Below are positions 35,036 to 47,468 of a stretch of DNA of 64,000 nucleotides, in pieces. The number at the start of each line of letters is the position of its first letter. The stretch's first letter is position 1. The notes under the pieces were generated by a model, which saw only the letters and a program-made list of their open reading frames with translations, searched no databases and was not told where the DNA came from. This DNA is from Lama guanicoe (taxonomy: Eukaryota), in the NCBI GenBank assembly GCA_013239625.1, contig MU054187.1, positions 1,807,757 through 1,871,756 of the forward strand, in the 5' to 3' direction. The position numbers and the translations under genes are program-made.

Positions 35036-38000
35036 CTTGTGGGGGGAAAGTTGCGTGCTGTAGACATCATAAACATACTCAAATAAGCTTCACAGAACCG
35101 CCGTGCTTGCTTCTGCCTGGACCACGGACCAGCGAAATGGTTGATGCAAATGGATTTATAATTTGCTCGGGGGCCAGTTTCTTCTCCTTATTTATTAGCC
35201 CAGCTGATGGGGCAGATTTGATGAGGCACTTCTGGAATAATTGAGTCATCACACAAAGAAGGCTGCTAGCATTCAGAGTGGTTTTATCAGCAGCAAGCAG
35301 GCCTGATTACTGACAATTACACTCTGATCCGGTGATGGAGGAGAAAGAGCCAGCGAGTGGGAAATGTCCGTGTTTCTATCCAGGAATAATTTCTACATTC
35401 ATTTCACATGCTAAGTGTTTCCTATCTCTGCATAATAAACTGTAAACAGGAATCGATGGCACAATGTCCCTTAATATTTCCTGGTAATGAAGACACAAGT
35501 GTACAGTGAGCGCTGATAAATACAGATGAACCAGAAGCTGCTCTCCGAGTCTGTATTGTTACCTTTAAGACAAATGCGTTTTTCTGGTAAAGGCGTAATC
35601 ATGGCTAATGCAAAAAAAAAGGACGGGAGATTGAAACTGCCCTTGTCACTACACAGAAACTTTGTAAAAGTCCTGTTAATCACGGCTGCTTGGGGGACTC
35701 ACGGGCTGAAGGTGAGCTGGCAGGAAGCACGTCATCTGACTTCTCGACGGTCAACTGGGAGGAGCTCCTTGGGTCGGACACAGCCAAGGACGCGGGAGGA
35801 CAGTGACCTCCTTGGCCACCCGGGGCGGGCTCGGCACGAACCTGGGAGAACGCAAAGCTGGCGCAAGGGCGGCTTCACCATCGTGGGCCTCCGTCCCCAA
35901 GCCCCCCGCCCAGTCAGGTCTCCCGACAGGACGCTGGTCGGGAATGACCAGTCAGACCCAAGAGGGCAGCATCTCAAGGCGTGGCTGCCTCCAGCCTGGC
36001 CTTAACCACTTGTGTATGACATGGTTTCTTAACAAAACACTAGGAGCAGAAACGCGTCTCACAGAGGCAACCTTATCGAGCCAGCTTTCCCTCCGACCCA
36101 ACACCTAAGCTGGAACGCCCAGGTAAAGGGCGTGTGCAGGCTTCTGCACGCACTGCTGTTGATTTTAGTGGGAAAGCTTTAATTCCCTGTAATATCAAGA
36201 GCTTCCTCTTTTGAAAAAGCCAATCGGGGGCAGAAGGCCCGTATAATGAACCTGCTTGGGTCTGCTTGCTTCATCTTTTTTCTAAAGCCCCTTCCTGGCT
36301 TCCAAAGAAATAAAAGTTATCCTCTGTTCTCTCGTGGTAACTATGGAAACTCTGTTTTATTAAACTAACCACTTATCTTCAAGGCTTGTGCTGCAACTAA
36401 AGGTGCTATTTTGCGTAAATCTATACTAAACCTTACAATGTCAAAACATGTTTAATAAAGTTCAAAGAGCACTTGATTTAAAAATGAGGCTTTTTATTAT
36501 GTAAAGGGAATTTTCTCTGTTTAAGCTTTTTATTATACAGATTGTGACACAATATGGTTGCTATCCTGAGACATTTTCTGTTTTCCTTTCCCATTTTAAA
36601 GAGGATTTTTTTTAGAATCATTGTCAACAAGTGTGCTGTTTTTCCCAACAGGAACTGTTTGGTTTTCATGAAAACCTTTACCATATTCTGTAAAATTGAA
36701 TTAAGGTAAAAGAATAAAGTTGTTTATCCTTATGTCCGACTAGGAAATACGGAATGGGAGAAGCTAACAGAACTTACAGACAAAATGACAAGACGCAACC
36801 ACTGAGGCCAAAGGACGCTGGGTCTTCGCAGGGTGAGTTTGTGCTCACGATGGTGTTTCACGTGAATTCTTTCAATACGAGTCCCTTTCTCCTAGAGACT
36901 TTACTTACTACTGGCTCCATACACATTCATTGCGCACTGGTCCGTGGAACTCCCTGCTGGACTGTGGGCATTGAAAGACCCACCGAGCTCTGGTCCTCAC
37001 GGGCACAGTGCAGCAAACTGAGGATCCCAGTGTGATGTGGAAAGGAGGAGGCAGGGGGACTGGCTCCGCAGGCTGAGACGAGCCTGGAAAAGCTCCCGGA
37101 AATGACGGATCCTGAGGAATTCATCCCGAGAGGCCCAGGATCCTTGGATAAGGTAAATAAATAAATGCCCCCAGGGCCAGAGAGAAAAACACAGTCAAAA
37201 CTCTACTTGGCTTGGTTAAACAATGCATTAAAGCCATATTTTGGTATAGCCACACAAGGGTCAAAGAAGACTAGTTGAGTCAAACTCGCTAGCTAAAGTG
37301 AAATGTTTAGAATGTGTTGATCTTTCTTGTGACTTTCAAAGGAATGTCTCCCTTTGGCATCAGAACTGCAAAGTCTGCTGAAACGCGATCTGTCGCCCGT
37401 GCACCTCACAGAATCCTGTATCCCGACCCCTCCTCCATTCTGCCTGACGTCACGCTCACGCCCACCCACTCATCTCCCCTGCTCCGGGATAAGCGCACGG
37501 AAGCCTGGGCCGTCCCTGCAAGCTAATGTCGGGGCCGGAGTGGGAGCTCAGGACGTTACTGCTGAATTGAATTAAAATAAGCCCAAAATAGCCCTCCTAG
37601 GATGCCTGCGGTATTGTCTCATTAAACATATTCAATACAAGACATCCCAGCACAGCATCAGGAAACTCGAGATTTTGTCTGTCTGATCGCTTTGCCAGTT
37701 AAGGAGAAGTTACAATTTTGTCTTCCCTTATGTTAAAAACGTCAGCCCCCAACATCCAAAGAAGAACAAGCAGAGAGTCTAACAGATTTTACGGTCAGAT
37801 TCTTCCCCCATGCCTACTTTTATCTAATTCATATGAAAAATTATAGTGTGTGATTCAGGTCTGTCCTTTCGTGGGGATCAGGGTCGAAGGTAAAGTAGAA
37901 ACAGAGATAGTCTTATCTTTCCAAATTTGGCAAGAAAACAGTTTAGGAAGACCTCGAACTCATTTAAGTGATGTCCAGTTTCCAGTTTCTAGATCTCACT

Positions 38001-38756
38001 TTTCTTACTCTAGATTTGACAGTATCAATCACTTACATTTTAGTTTAAATGACGTGTGTCTGCATACTGCACACTGATGACTTTTGTATTGGAGATAAAA
38101 ATGGAACCATGAGGAATGACACAAGTAGTCCAATGTTTTTCGTTGAGACGGTAAAAGTCATTTTCTAAGTAAGTGTAGCTCACCTTTACTGAACTCTTCT
38201 CTCGTGACAGACGCCCTGGGGAGCCCTCACACACCCTTTCCTCAGCCATCGCCACGTGCCTCTGGGGGGACGTTACCCGTCTCACAGCGAAGACAGGGAG
38301 CAAGGTCAGTGTGCCCGGGGTACCTAGCCGCTGACCCCAGTTCTGGGTGACAGCCCTCTGGTTCTGAGCACCAGGCTCCACCCACCTGCAATGATCAGGG
38401 CAGTTTTCTTTCTGCAAAAAGGACCTCACCGTGGACATCCCAAGCTCAGGGAAACCCAGACTTACTGACCTCTCCAACACAGCGTGTGCTCATTGGTACC
38501 GCAAATGACACAGGCACCAGGCTGACACAGCTGTCACGTGGACGTTTGTCTTTGGTGTGGGAAGGGAGAAGGTGGAACTATCAGAGCTGGTGACCACGGT
38601 CATCAGCATCAACGTACTCCAGCTCCGGAAACCTACGTATCAGTCTGGGCCTCTCACGAAATCTTTGTTTGTGGCGTCACTCAGACACAGGGAGTTCTGC
38701 AGAGGATTTATACTGTCAGCTGTCAATACGTCCCGTCTGGCAGCTGGCTTACTTGC

Positions 38757-39290
38757 TGGATTCGCTTCCTATTGCTGCTGTAACGAAATGCCACACGCTT
38801 CCGTGGCTTAAAACAACACGCATATGTCATCGCGCAGCCCCGGAGGTATGACGTCGGGGCCGTCCCAGCAGGCTGAAGCCAAGCCCAGCCGGGCCTCTTT
38901 CCGGAGGCTGCGGAGGGGAATTCGTTCGGGCTGCTGACAGACTCCAGGTCCTCACCGTCGCAGGACTGAGGTCCCCATCCTCATGGTGGCTGTGGGTGGA
39001 AGCTGTTCTCTGCATGGAGGGGCTGCTGCATTCCATGGCCCAGGCCTCCTTCCTTCCCCTTCAAAGCCAGCGGTGGAGACGAGTGCTCCTCCACGGACGT
39101 CCCCCCGCGCATTCTCCTGCCTGTCTCTTCCGGCCCACGGGAACGACTGGTAGAGCCTACTTGGCTCATCCAGGTTAACCTCCCATCACCAGACTCTTAA
39201 TTCAGTCACACTCCTTTCACATATAAGGTAACGCAGGCTTCAGGAATTAGGACTCAGCTTGCGGGCTGGCGATTTACGCTGTCTACCACT
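38757..39290 (-). mobile_element. MaLR solo LTR (MLT1-type)
   Basis: 'ttcctattgctgctgtaacgaaatgccacacgcttccgtggcttaaaacaacacg' is the characteristic reverse-strand MLT1 end; the other end reads 'atataaggtaac...ggaattaggac...ctaccac'. Confidence 0.8.
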
Positions 39291-40614
39291 TTCTTTAGTT
39301 ACGTGTGTGAATCCTGTGCTAGAGTAGTAATGTGCTTCCTCTGAGAGTGAAGCCATAGATCAGGATGAACAGGTGCACACACTTCTCAGAAGAACAGGCC
39401 GTTTTAGCTCACATTACCACGATGATGCGACATGAACAAAATCAGGCCTCTTTGGTTGTTCCCTAAAACCAAGTTCCTTACATGCTCAAGTTTCTGAAGG
39501 CCGTTGGAAAGTTAGGGCCCCTTCTCTCTAGGGAGGAAAGTTTATTTCAAAAGAATCGTCACTCACCTTCCCTAACGTCCACTGGATTTGAACTGGAGAA
39601 TTTCCATTGCTACTGACAAGGAACGTCATTGGAGGGAAAAATGGAGAGAAAAAGAGAAACTTAATTAAATGGTAATTATCTACAGCTTATTAACCATATA
39701 AAACAATCTTCTCAAGTCATCTGCAGACAGAGTACGGGCTGGGCGCTATCCGTCTTCAATAGCCAAACAAGATTCATTTGAAAGAACTCCCCCTCAACGA
39801 GAAAAACAGGTGTCTGCTCGGCAGAAAACGCTGTTTAGATGTGGCCCCTTTGTACACAAGTGCGTCTGGGAACCTTTTCTGGGGACACACCTGAGAGTGA
39901 ACGTGAATTGTCAATGACAGTCTTTTTGAAAAAAAAAAAAAGAATCAGTGGTTGAACACTAATTTCTAATCAGATCCTACAGAAAGGCACAGCCCGCACG
40001 GCAGCTGCGCTTTTCCCAGGGTTAATTACCTTTCACTGCTCTCCGCTAACGAGTCAGCTGTTCCTGCCGGCGCGCTGCGCTGGTTCATCTGGGCCCTCGC
40101 TGTGGACAAACAGCGAGTGACAGTCCTATTTACATACGGGGGTGTTTGTTGTGCAAAGGCTTCAAAAGGTTTTTTTTTCAAAATCCCTTCATTTTCATGT
40201 GTTTCCACCCTAAAAAATACTCTTACAAATCAGATTTCACTTGGTCAATCATTCTTTTCTTGTCAGGTCACCGGATTCAGCACCGGAAGATGTAAAACGC
40301 CAAGTCCTTGAAAGAGACAAACTTGACGGCCTCGGCGGAAAGCTTTGTCTGGCTGACCCGTCAGCAGCGTGACGGCGACTCCATCGGGCTAGGAGGAGGC
40401 TCCAGAGTTTGCAACCTCCTCTCCCGGTAAAAAGTTTTTCTAAAAAATTGCCTTCCAGAAAATTAAATTCAAGGACAGAAAACAATCTAAGCTAGTGAGA
40501 CGTAAAATGTAGCTTAGATTTATTTGTACATGAAAAGTGAATCAAAAAGTTGAGTTTTCGAAAAAAATTAGTCTTGAAAACTATGTTTTCGCCTAAAATG
40601 TCTAGGTCATCATG

Positions 40615-41272
40615 GGATATGTAGATATAAGTGTCTGTATGTATATATGCTTACATGTATGTATGTGTATATCTAGTGTGTATTTGTATCTGTGTGTATG
40701 TGTGTATATACATGTGTATGTGTGTGATATGTATGTATGCATATATGTATATGTGTATGTGTATATATGTGTGTGCATATATGTGTGTATATTTGTATAT
40801 GCATGTGTATGTGTGTGATGTGTATATGTGTGTATACATGTGTGTGCAGTATATACACATGTATGTATATGTGTGTATGTGTATACATACATGTGTATGC
40901 ACGAGTGATATGTATATACATGTGTGCATATACATCTGTATGTGTGTATATACATGTGTATTGTGACACACATATATACATATATGTATATATGTATGTT
41001 TATATGTGTGTATATGTAAATGCATGTGTATGTGTGGTGTGTGTATATGCATATATGTGTATATATATGTGTATACGTATATACACGTGTGTATATACTT
41101 ACATGTATATGTGTATGTGTATATAAGTGTGTGTGTATGTATATAGTGTGCATCTATATACATGTGTGTATGTGTGGTGTGTATATACATATATGTGTAC
41201 ATACGTGTGTGTATACGTGTCTGTGTATGTGCATATATGGCTATACATACATGTATGCATACACACATGTGA
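40615..41272. repeat. ~650-bp degenerate (TG/TA/CA)n alternating purine-pyrimidine tract
   Basis: Read directly; source of the spurious His/Thr/Tyr- and Cys/Val/Met-rich ORFs. Confidence 0.95.
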
Positions 41273-41519
41273 TTTATCATCCAGTTAATCGCTCTGCTAC
41301 CCAGACAGTGGTACAGCTCTCCATCTCACAATACGGGCCTTTACATATTTTTGAACATTGTGGCCAAGAGGTCTGTGCACCTCTCCCCCCTTTTCATTCC
41401 AGAAGGAACGGAGAGGGTCACACAAACAGTACAGCACCCTCAGATCCCACTTTGACAACCTCCAAAACACTTCTGCGCAGCAGACGCCCTCCCCGTGTGC
41501 CCCTGCGCTGAGCCGTAGC

Positions 41520-41793
41520 TCGTGGCTCTCGGACGCTGACATGCATCAGGGTCACCTGGGTACCGTGTTAAAATGCAGGTGCCGATTCCCACATTGCTAA
41601 TGAGGATCTGGGGGCCCCCGCTGCTCCATGGACCACTTTGAACAGCCAAGCGTCAGAGCAGCAGGTCTTACCCACCAGCCAGAACCACCTGCAGGGGAGC
41701 CTGGAGCAGGGCCCGAGAGGACCTTTCCCACATGCTCCCAGGGGATGCAGGCAACGGAAGTCCGGGGGCCACACTTTGAGACCCACACCTTAG
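41520..41793. mobile_element. Two adjacent MER5-like (hAT-Charlie) non-autonomous DNA transposon remnants
   Basis: 'gcatcagggtcacctgggtaccgtgttaaaatgcag...ggaccactttgaacagc' and 'catgctcccaggggatgc...gggccacactttgagaccca'. Confidence 0.6.
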
Positions 41794-43648
41794 ACATTGA
41801 CTAATACAAGCTTTAAGGAATTCCAGTCCCAAAGGTGGAAGTCCTCCACGTCCACATGGAACAGAAGCACGTCCCCTCTATTCCAGAGCTATTTATTTGC
41901 TCTGTTTTGAATACTTCACGATAGAAAGGAACAAATAAAAAGTGAATGTTCTGGCTCAGCACTGGAGTACATTCTGAGAACCACTTTATAGCTTATTGAA
42001 CTTGATCTTCCGTTCAGATGAGGCCATTCATGTCAAGAAAGAAACAGCAATTATGTTCTCCCTCACTACAGGCACCACTATCAAATGTAAGCTCACAAAT
42101 CACAAATCTAAGACTGCACGGCATTTTAACTGGCATTTAAGTAAGAGAATGAATTAATTAAAAATTAAATCATAAGAACAAATTCCAAAGTCAAGCGAGG
42201 CTGCACATTTCCTTGAGACGTTCAATGTTTTCCAGCCCTAGTAAATTCTGACTTATTTCTAAACGATACAGCGAGTTTCTCACACTCACTATGGGCAGTG
42301 TTCTTTCGCCATCACTACTATTTCGCAGAACACATTATCCTGAAAACTTCTTGAAGGATGAAAACACCTTTTATTCTATTGCTAAAAATATACTGGCATT
42401 GCTGTCCCTGTAAACACTTCAGTGACAAAGCTCTTCCAAGGGCATTTTGCAGTATTGTTCATTGAAATACATATTTTTGGACTAGGAGAGTGCAAACCCT
42501 TCGTAGTAAGAGAAATTACAGAATGAAACATCCCTGGAGTGTGTTTTAGTGAAGAGACGGAGGATGGTTCTTCAAACTGAAAGCGACCCACTGAGCAGAA
42601 GTTAGGAGGTTTCTCAGCGACCTGTTCAGGCCAGGAGAAGCTGTGCAGTGTCCTGAAACACGAACTTCTCAAACAGCACTCCAGCAAAGCTGGGAGAATG
42701 TGCGTGTAAGAGACAGCGGTGAGCAAATGAGAGCAATTTCTAAGGAATCTTCTTGCCGCCTCTTACCTGGTCCTACCCCACTGAGTTTTACTTAACCAAG
42801 CCAATTTAAAAGTACCAATCTCATCTAAATACAAGAAGACAATGTCACAAATAAGGAATCTGATTAATGCCATTAATGCCAGTGTAACCAGCCTTCTCTG
42901 TGTAGAACAGTATTATTTACTGAACTCATTAACTTATGCACGCAAGTCTTCATTAAGCACCCATCCTCCAGGAGAAAGGGAGAAGCTGTTTCTATAAACA
43001 GGTGGGGCCCTGGAGAGAGGGCCGGTGCCCCTCTGTCACACAGAGCAAAGAGGCAGTGAAATGCAGATCTTTGAGGGGAGGCGGGTGCCCGAGTTCACTC
43101 CTCGGTATGAGAGAGACCTCGGGAGAACAGTCTGATGGCTTAATGAGTCTATTCTGAAGAAGCGTGAGCATCAGGGTGTCCAGTGTGGGCAGGGGAGAAC
43201 TCAAAATCCCGCAAGTCTGGGCGGTCTGGACGTCGCTGTCATGGGCTGAGACTGTTTTGTGTCTCAGGACCCTAACTGGTCTGTCTCCTTGGCGCTTTGT
43301 AAGAGCCACAATGAATCAGACTAGCCAAGAGCCTGTGGTCACATGAGCACCTGGCTTCACAGTCGTGCCCTGTGGCTCATCAGAGGTCAGGACAGTTCGC
43401 ATCAGCCTCCGACCTGTGCTCATCCAGCTCCAGGCCGTCGTCTTAACCAGTTTTTGTCGGCCAGTTGGGTTCCCTCTAGATCCCAGTGTTTCATTAGCTG
43501 TGGCAGGTGACTGAGGGAGTTTGACCTTAGTTTTCTGTCGGAGGTAACAGATTATCTATTTTGGGGGGTACATTAAATTTTTCTAAAAAGTGTTGGGAGA
43601 ACTATGAAATCTCTGCCTTTAAAGATGTAATTTATACAATGTGCCTTC

Positions 43649-44157
43649 TTTTTTTTTTAACTTAACTCTGAAGGATTTTACTTTTTTATTTATCTATTTT
43701 TATTGAGGTATAGTCAGTTACAATGTATCAGTTTCTGGTGCACAGCATCATGTTTCAGTCATACACATACATGCATGTATTCATTTTCATATGCTTTTTC
43801 ATTATAGTTTTACTACAAGACATTGAATATAGTTTCCTGTGCGTGAGAGACGAAGCTTGTTTTTATCTATTTTATCTATAGTTGTTAGTATCTGCAAGTC
43901 TCTAACTCCCAATTCATCCCTTCCCACCCCTCTCCCCCTGGTAAGTTAAGTTTGTTTTCTATGTCTGTGAGTCTGTTTCTGTTTTGTAAATAAGTTCATT
44001 AGCGTCTTCTTTTTTCTTTCTTTTCCCCCCTTTTATTTTAGATTCCACGTAAGAGTGATGTCATACAGTACTGGAGATCGTCATTCTAAGTGAAGTAAGC
44101 CAGAAAGAGAGAGAAAAATACCATATGATATCACTCATGTGTGGAATCTAAAAAAGA
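43649..44157 (-). mobile_element. LINE-1 3' end (minus) joined to a short inverted L1 segment (plus, 44071-44157)
   Basis: poly-T then minus-strand L1 3' UTR to 44070; next 'ctggagatcgtcattctaagtgaagtaagccagaaagag...ggaatctaaaaaa', which matches the ORF2 end of the L1 at ~22160-22240. Confidence 0.85.
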
Positions 44158-46029
44158 ACCACGTGCCTCAGTGTGAATAACAAGACTTTGGCTCATGGAA
44201 TGAAGACTTTGGCTCCGAGGAACCTGGATGAGTTTCCTCCCCAGTCCGGTTCCGTGTTCCCCAGAGGAAGCTGTGTCTGCTCTGATCACACTCCCCCCCA
44301 TAGCGCATCACCCTGCATAGTGCTCTCACGCCTCTTGGTGAAGCTCCCGCCGGGCCAGGACAATCTCCTCTCCGCGGCCTGCGTGGTCCAGAAACTCAGC
44401 GGCAGGGTTGACTGCATGAAGGCCATTGACCAATGATTAAGAAAATAGGGGCCTGTGACCAAGGCACTACCTCTGGGATATGAATTTTAGGGAAACAATG
44501 GAACAAATATCTAGAGATTAAACATGAAAGTATCCATCGCATGTAGTAGAAAGTTATGCTGGTGAAGACGCACAGCCAGGTCAGCTTGTAAGTCTAGCAA
44601 GTGTAACGCTTAAGGGAGATCCTTGTATTATCGACGTTCTGACTAAAAACTGGAGGTGGGCAAAGTAACACTCTTAGCAGCAGTGTACTGGTGAATTGAG
44701 ATTAATTTTGCAAATTAAAGATAACTTTACAAATTTAAAATGGACAAAAAGCTTATGTAATCTTACTACACCCTTAATACATATAACTATTGACTTTAAC
44801 TCAAGGTGAGGGGATTCAAACTACAGCCTGTCACTGCCAATTCAATCAAGCGTTAAAAATAGAAGAGTGACCGGCATGTCGCAAGTGCCTAAAGGAACTA
44901 AATGGGGCCGTTCTGAAAATATCATGACATAAAGTTAAAAGGTACTGGAGGAAACCTAGTGTGATTTATCACGAAAATATAAATGAACGTGCTGAGAGGC
45001 AGGCGGATCTCAAGCAGACAGAGGAGGTGGCGGGAGGAGGAGGCGGCAGGCGGGGCTCTGAGCGCCCTGGCGGGCGGGGGCAGCGGAATTAGGTGAGGCT
45101 TCCGGCAAAAGTCCTGCGCTGTCCCTCGGTCAGTGCTGACTCGTGCCCCAGACTGGGCACTTCACAGCGGCATTTCCTCATTCGAGTCTCACGACTACCA
45201 AGAAGCTGGAGTTCTCACTCCTGACTGAAGGCGAGCCAGCCTTCAGGACCAGGAGGTATGCCAGCACTTCGCCCGCCGTGTGTCACCGGCTGACCCGGCA
45301 GCTGGAGTCACACGCCTTGTGTCTTCTCTGAGCAAACTCTGGAAAGGCCCACGATGGATGGGCACTTGAGGAACGGGGCTTCTGCACTGCACATGGACTG
45401 GAAACAGACAAGACAGGATGTCTGGAAAGTCCACGACGAGTGCTAACATAACAGATGCTGAAATGTGGTAAAAAAAAACAAAAAACCCATAAAACTGGTA
45501 TGTGGGGAAAGACACTGACACGTGGTCTGAAATGCAGTGCAGACAGGAGACCCCGAGCCCTGGGCCAGGCCAGCAGGTGCAGACTGGTGACAGGACACAC
45601 GTTGTCTCTGAGCCGGCAGCAAGCTGAATTTAGACCCTAACGCCAACACCGGCCGGGTGTGTGATCTCAGGACCGTGCTTAACCTGCCTGGTCTTCAAGG
45701 TCTTCGTCTGTTAACGAGGTCGGATGAGAGAGCTTCCCTCTAGCGCGTGACGATGGACAGCTGCCACTGACAAAGGCAGGGCACACCAGAAACTCTGTAA
45801 AGCCCCATGGTCCCCAAAGAGGTCAGCTCCTAGTGAAGCCTGCAGGTGGGCGGCACCCAGTTAACAACCCCATCTGGTCGCGGTGAGGACATGCGCTGGT
45901 GAGACTGATCACATCCTTGGAAATCTAACCGTCCGTTTTCTTCACGAGAACACCCAGCCAGTAAGAAAATTCAGTAAGTATTCATTCAAAAATATGTGCC
46001 GACTTTATACATTCTGTAACTTCTTGGTG

Positions 46030-46238
46030 ATAGACACTGTTGTAAAGGCTTTACATGTGTTCTGTATTAACTCAACTTGCACAACCACCGTGAGAGTCAG
46101 AGATCACTGATTTTCCCCATCTTGTGAATGAGGAGGTAAACGCACAGAGAAGTTAAGGACTTGTCCGGAGTCACTGAGCCCTTGAGGGGCAGGACTGGGA
46201 ACTGAGCTCTCACTCCAAGGTCCATGTGCTTAATGACA
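46030..46238 (-). mobile_element. MIR SINE
   Basis: 'ttttccccatcttgtgaatgaggaggtaaacgcacagagaagttaaggacttgtccggagtcac' is the MIR core in reverse. Confidence 0.75.
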
Positions 46239-46479
46239 ACAGTCTCGCATCATCGTAAGACAGGCGACGGGGAGGCAGTGACGGACAGCATGGATATTAT
46301 ATTCCAGTGTGGGAGCCAAGGAGACAACGCGTGTACAAGGCAATTTCAAGCTGTGACAAGTGCTATGGAAAAATACCAGTGGCGCGAAGAAGTGGGGTGT
46401 TTTAAACTGAAGTAACGATAATCCTTGTTCATTTAAGAAAGAGCATGAGAGCCATGTGTCTGGGGTGAAGACAGCCAGA

Positions 46480-47468
46480 GCCTTCCATCCAGAATGCACC
46501 AAAAAGGTCACAACTCAGTAACAGACAAATTATCAAGTAAAATGGGCCAAGGACTTGAACAGACATTTTTCCAAAGAAGACATAGGTGGACAATAAGCCC
46601 CTGACAAGAGTCTGAACGTGCCCAGTCACCGGGGAAACACATCAGAACCACGGTGAGACACTGCTTTGCCGCCACCAGGACGGCCGGAATAGAAAGACAG
46701 ATGGCAACAAGTTTCGGCGAGGATGTGAAGAGCTCGGTCCCTCCTGCACTGCTGGTGGGCCTCGAAATGGCGCGGCTGTGCTGGAAACCAGTCGGCAGGG
46801 CCTCAGATGGTTAAGACAGAGTTACTATATACTCCAGCAATCCAGCCCTTGAGTACCACTCAAGAAATAAGAACACATGTCTACACACAAAAAACGTACA
46901 TGAATGCTCACAGCATTGTGTTTCATAACAGCGGAGAAGTGGAGACAACCCAGATGTTCGTAAACTAATGAACGTATTATTAAAATGTGGTCTATCCAGT
47001 CAATGCACTGTCGTTCAGCAATAAAAAGGAGTGAAGTCCTGACACATGACACAACACGGATGAGCCTTGAAAATACTACTGTAGGCGGGCAGGGGGCACA
47101 GCTCTGTGGCAGAGCACGTGCTTAACATGCACGAGGTCCTGGGTTCAGTTCCCAGTATTTCCACTAAAAAACCGGAAATATTAGCCCAAGTGAAAGAAAA
47201 GCCGCAGAAAGCCACGTGGGATGCTAACCCGTCTGTGCAAACTGTCCCCGAGCGGCCCGGCGATGGGGGCCTAGAGCGGGGCAGTGGTGCCTACAGCTCA
47301 GGGCGGAGCCAACGCTGGAGGGCAAACCCTGGGGAGCCAGAAACTGTTCTAAACTCGACGCATAACTGAACGTGAGAAAGGCTGCTGAGCTGTAACACTA
47401 AATGGGTGAGTTGTACCGCCTGTGAGTTATAGCTCAATAGAGCTTGTTTTTTTTTTAAGAAAAAAAAA
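46480..47468 (+). mobile_element. Old L1 (L1MB-like) ORF2 end plus 3' UTR, carrying a nested SINE
   Basis: 'aaatgggccaaggacttgaacagacatttttccaaagaagacata', 'gcaataaaaaggagtgaagtcctgacacatg' and terminus 'aaatgggtgagttgtaccgcctgtgagttatagctcaatag'. Confidence 0.85.
47087..47171 (+). mobile_element. tRNA-Ala-derived SINE (Vic-1-like) nested in L1
   Basis: 'cacagctctgtggcagagcacgtgcttaacatgcacgaggtcctgggttcagttcccagtatttcca' plus short A tail; L1 sequence resumes after it. Confidence 0.85.

Noticed and set aside
40602..41511. His/Tyr/Thr- and Cys/Val-rich ORFs
   Set aside because: Translations of the dinucleotide repeat tract.
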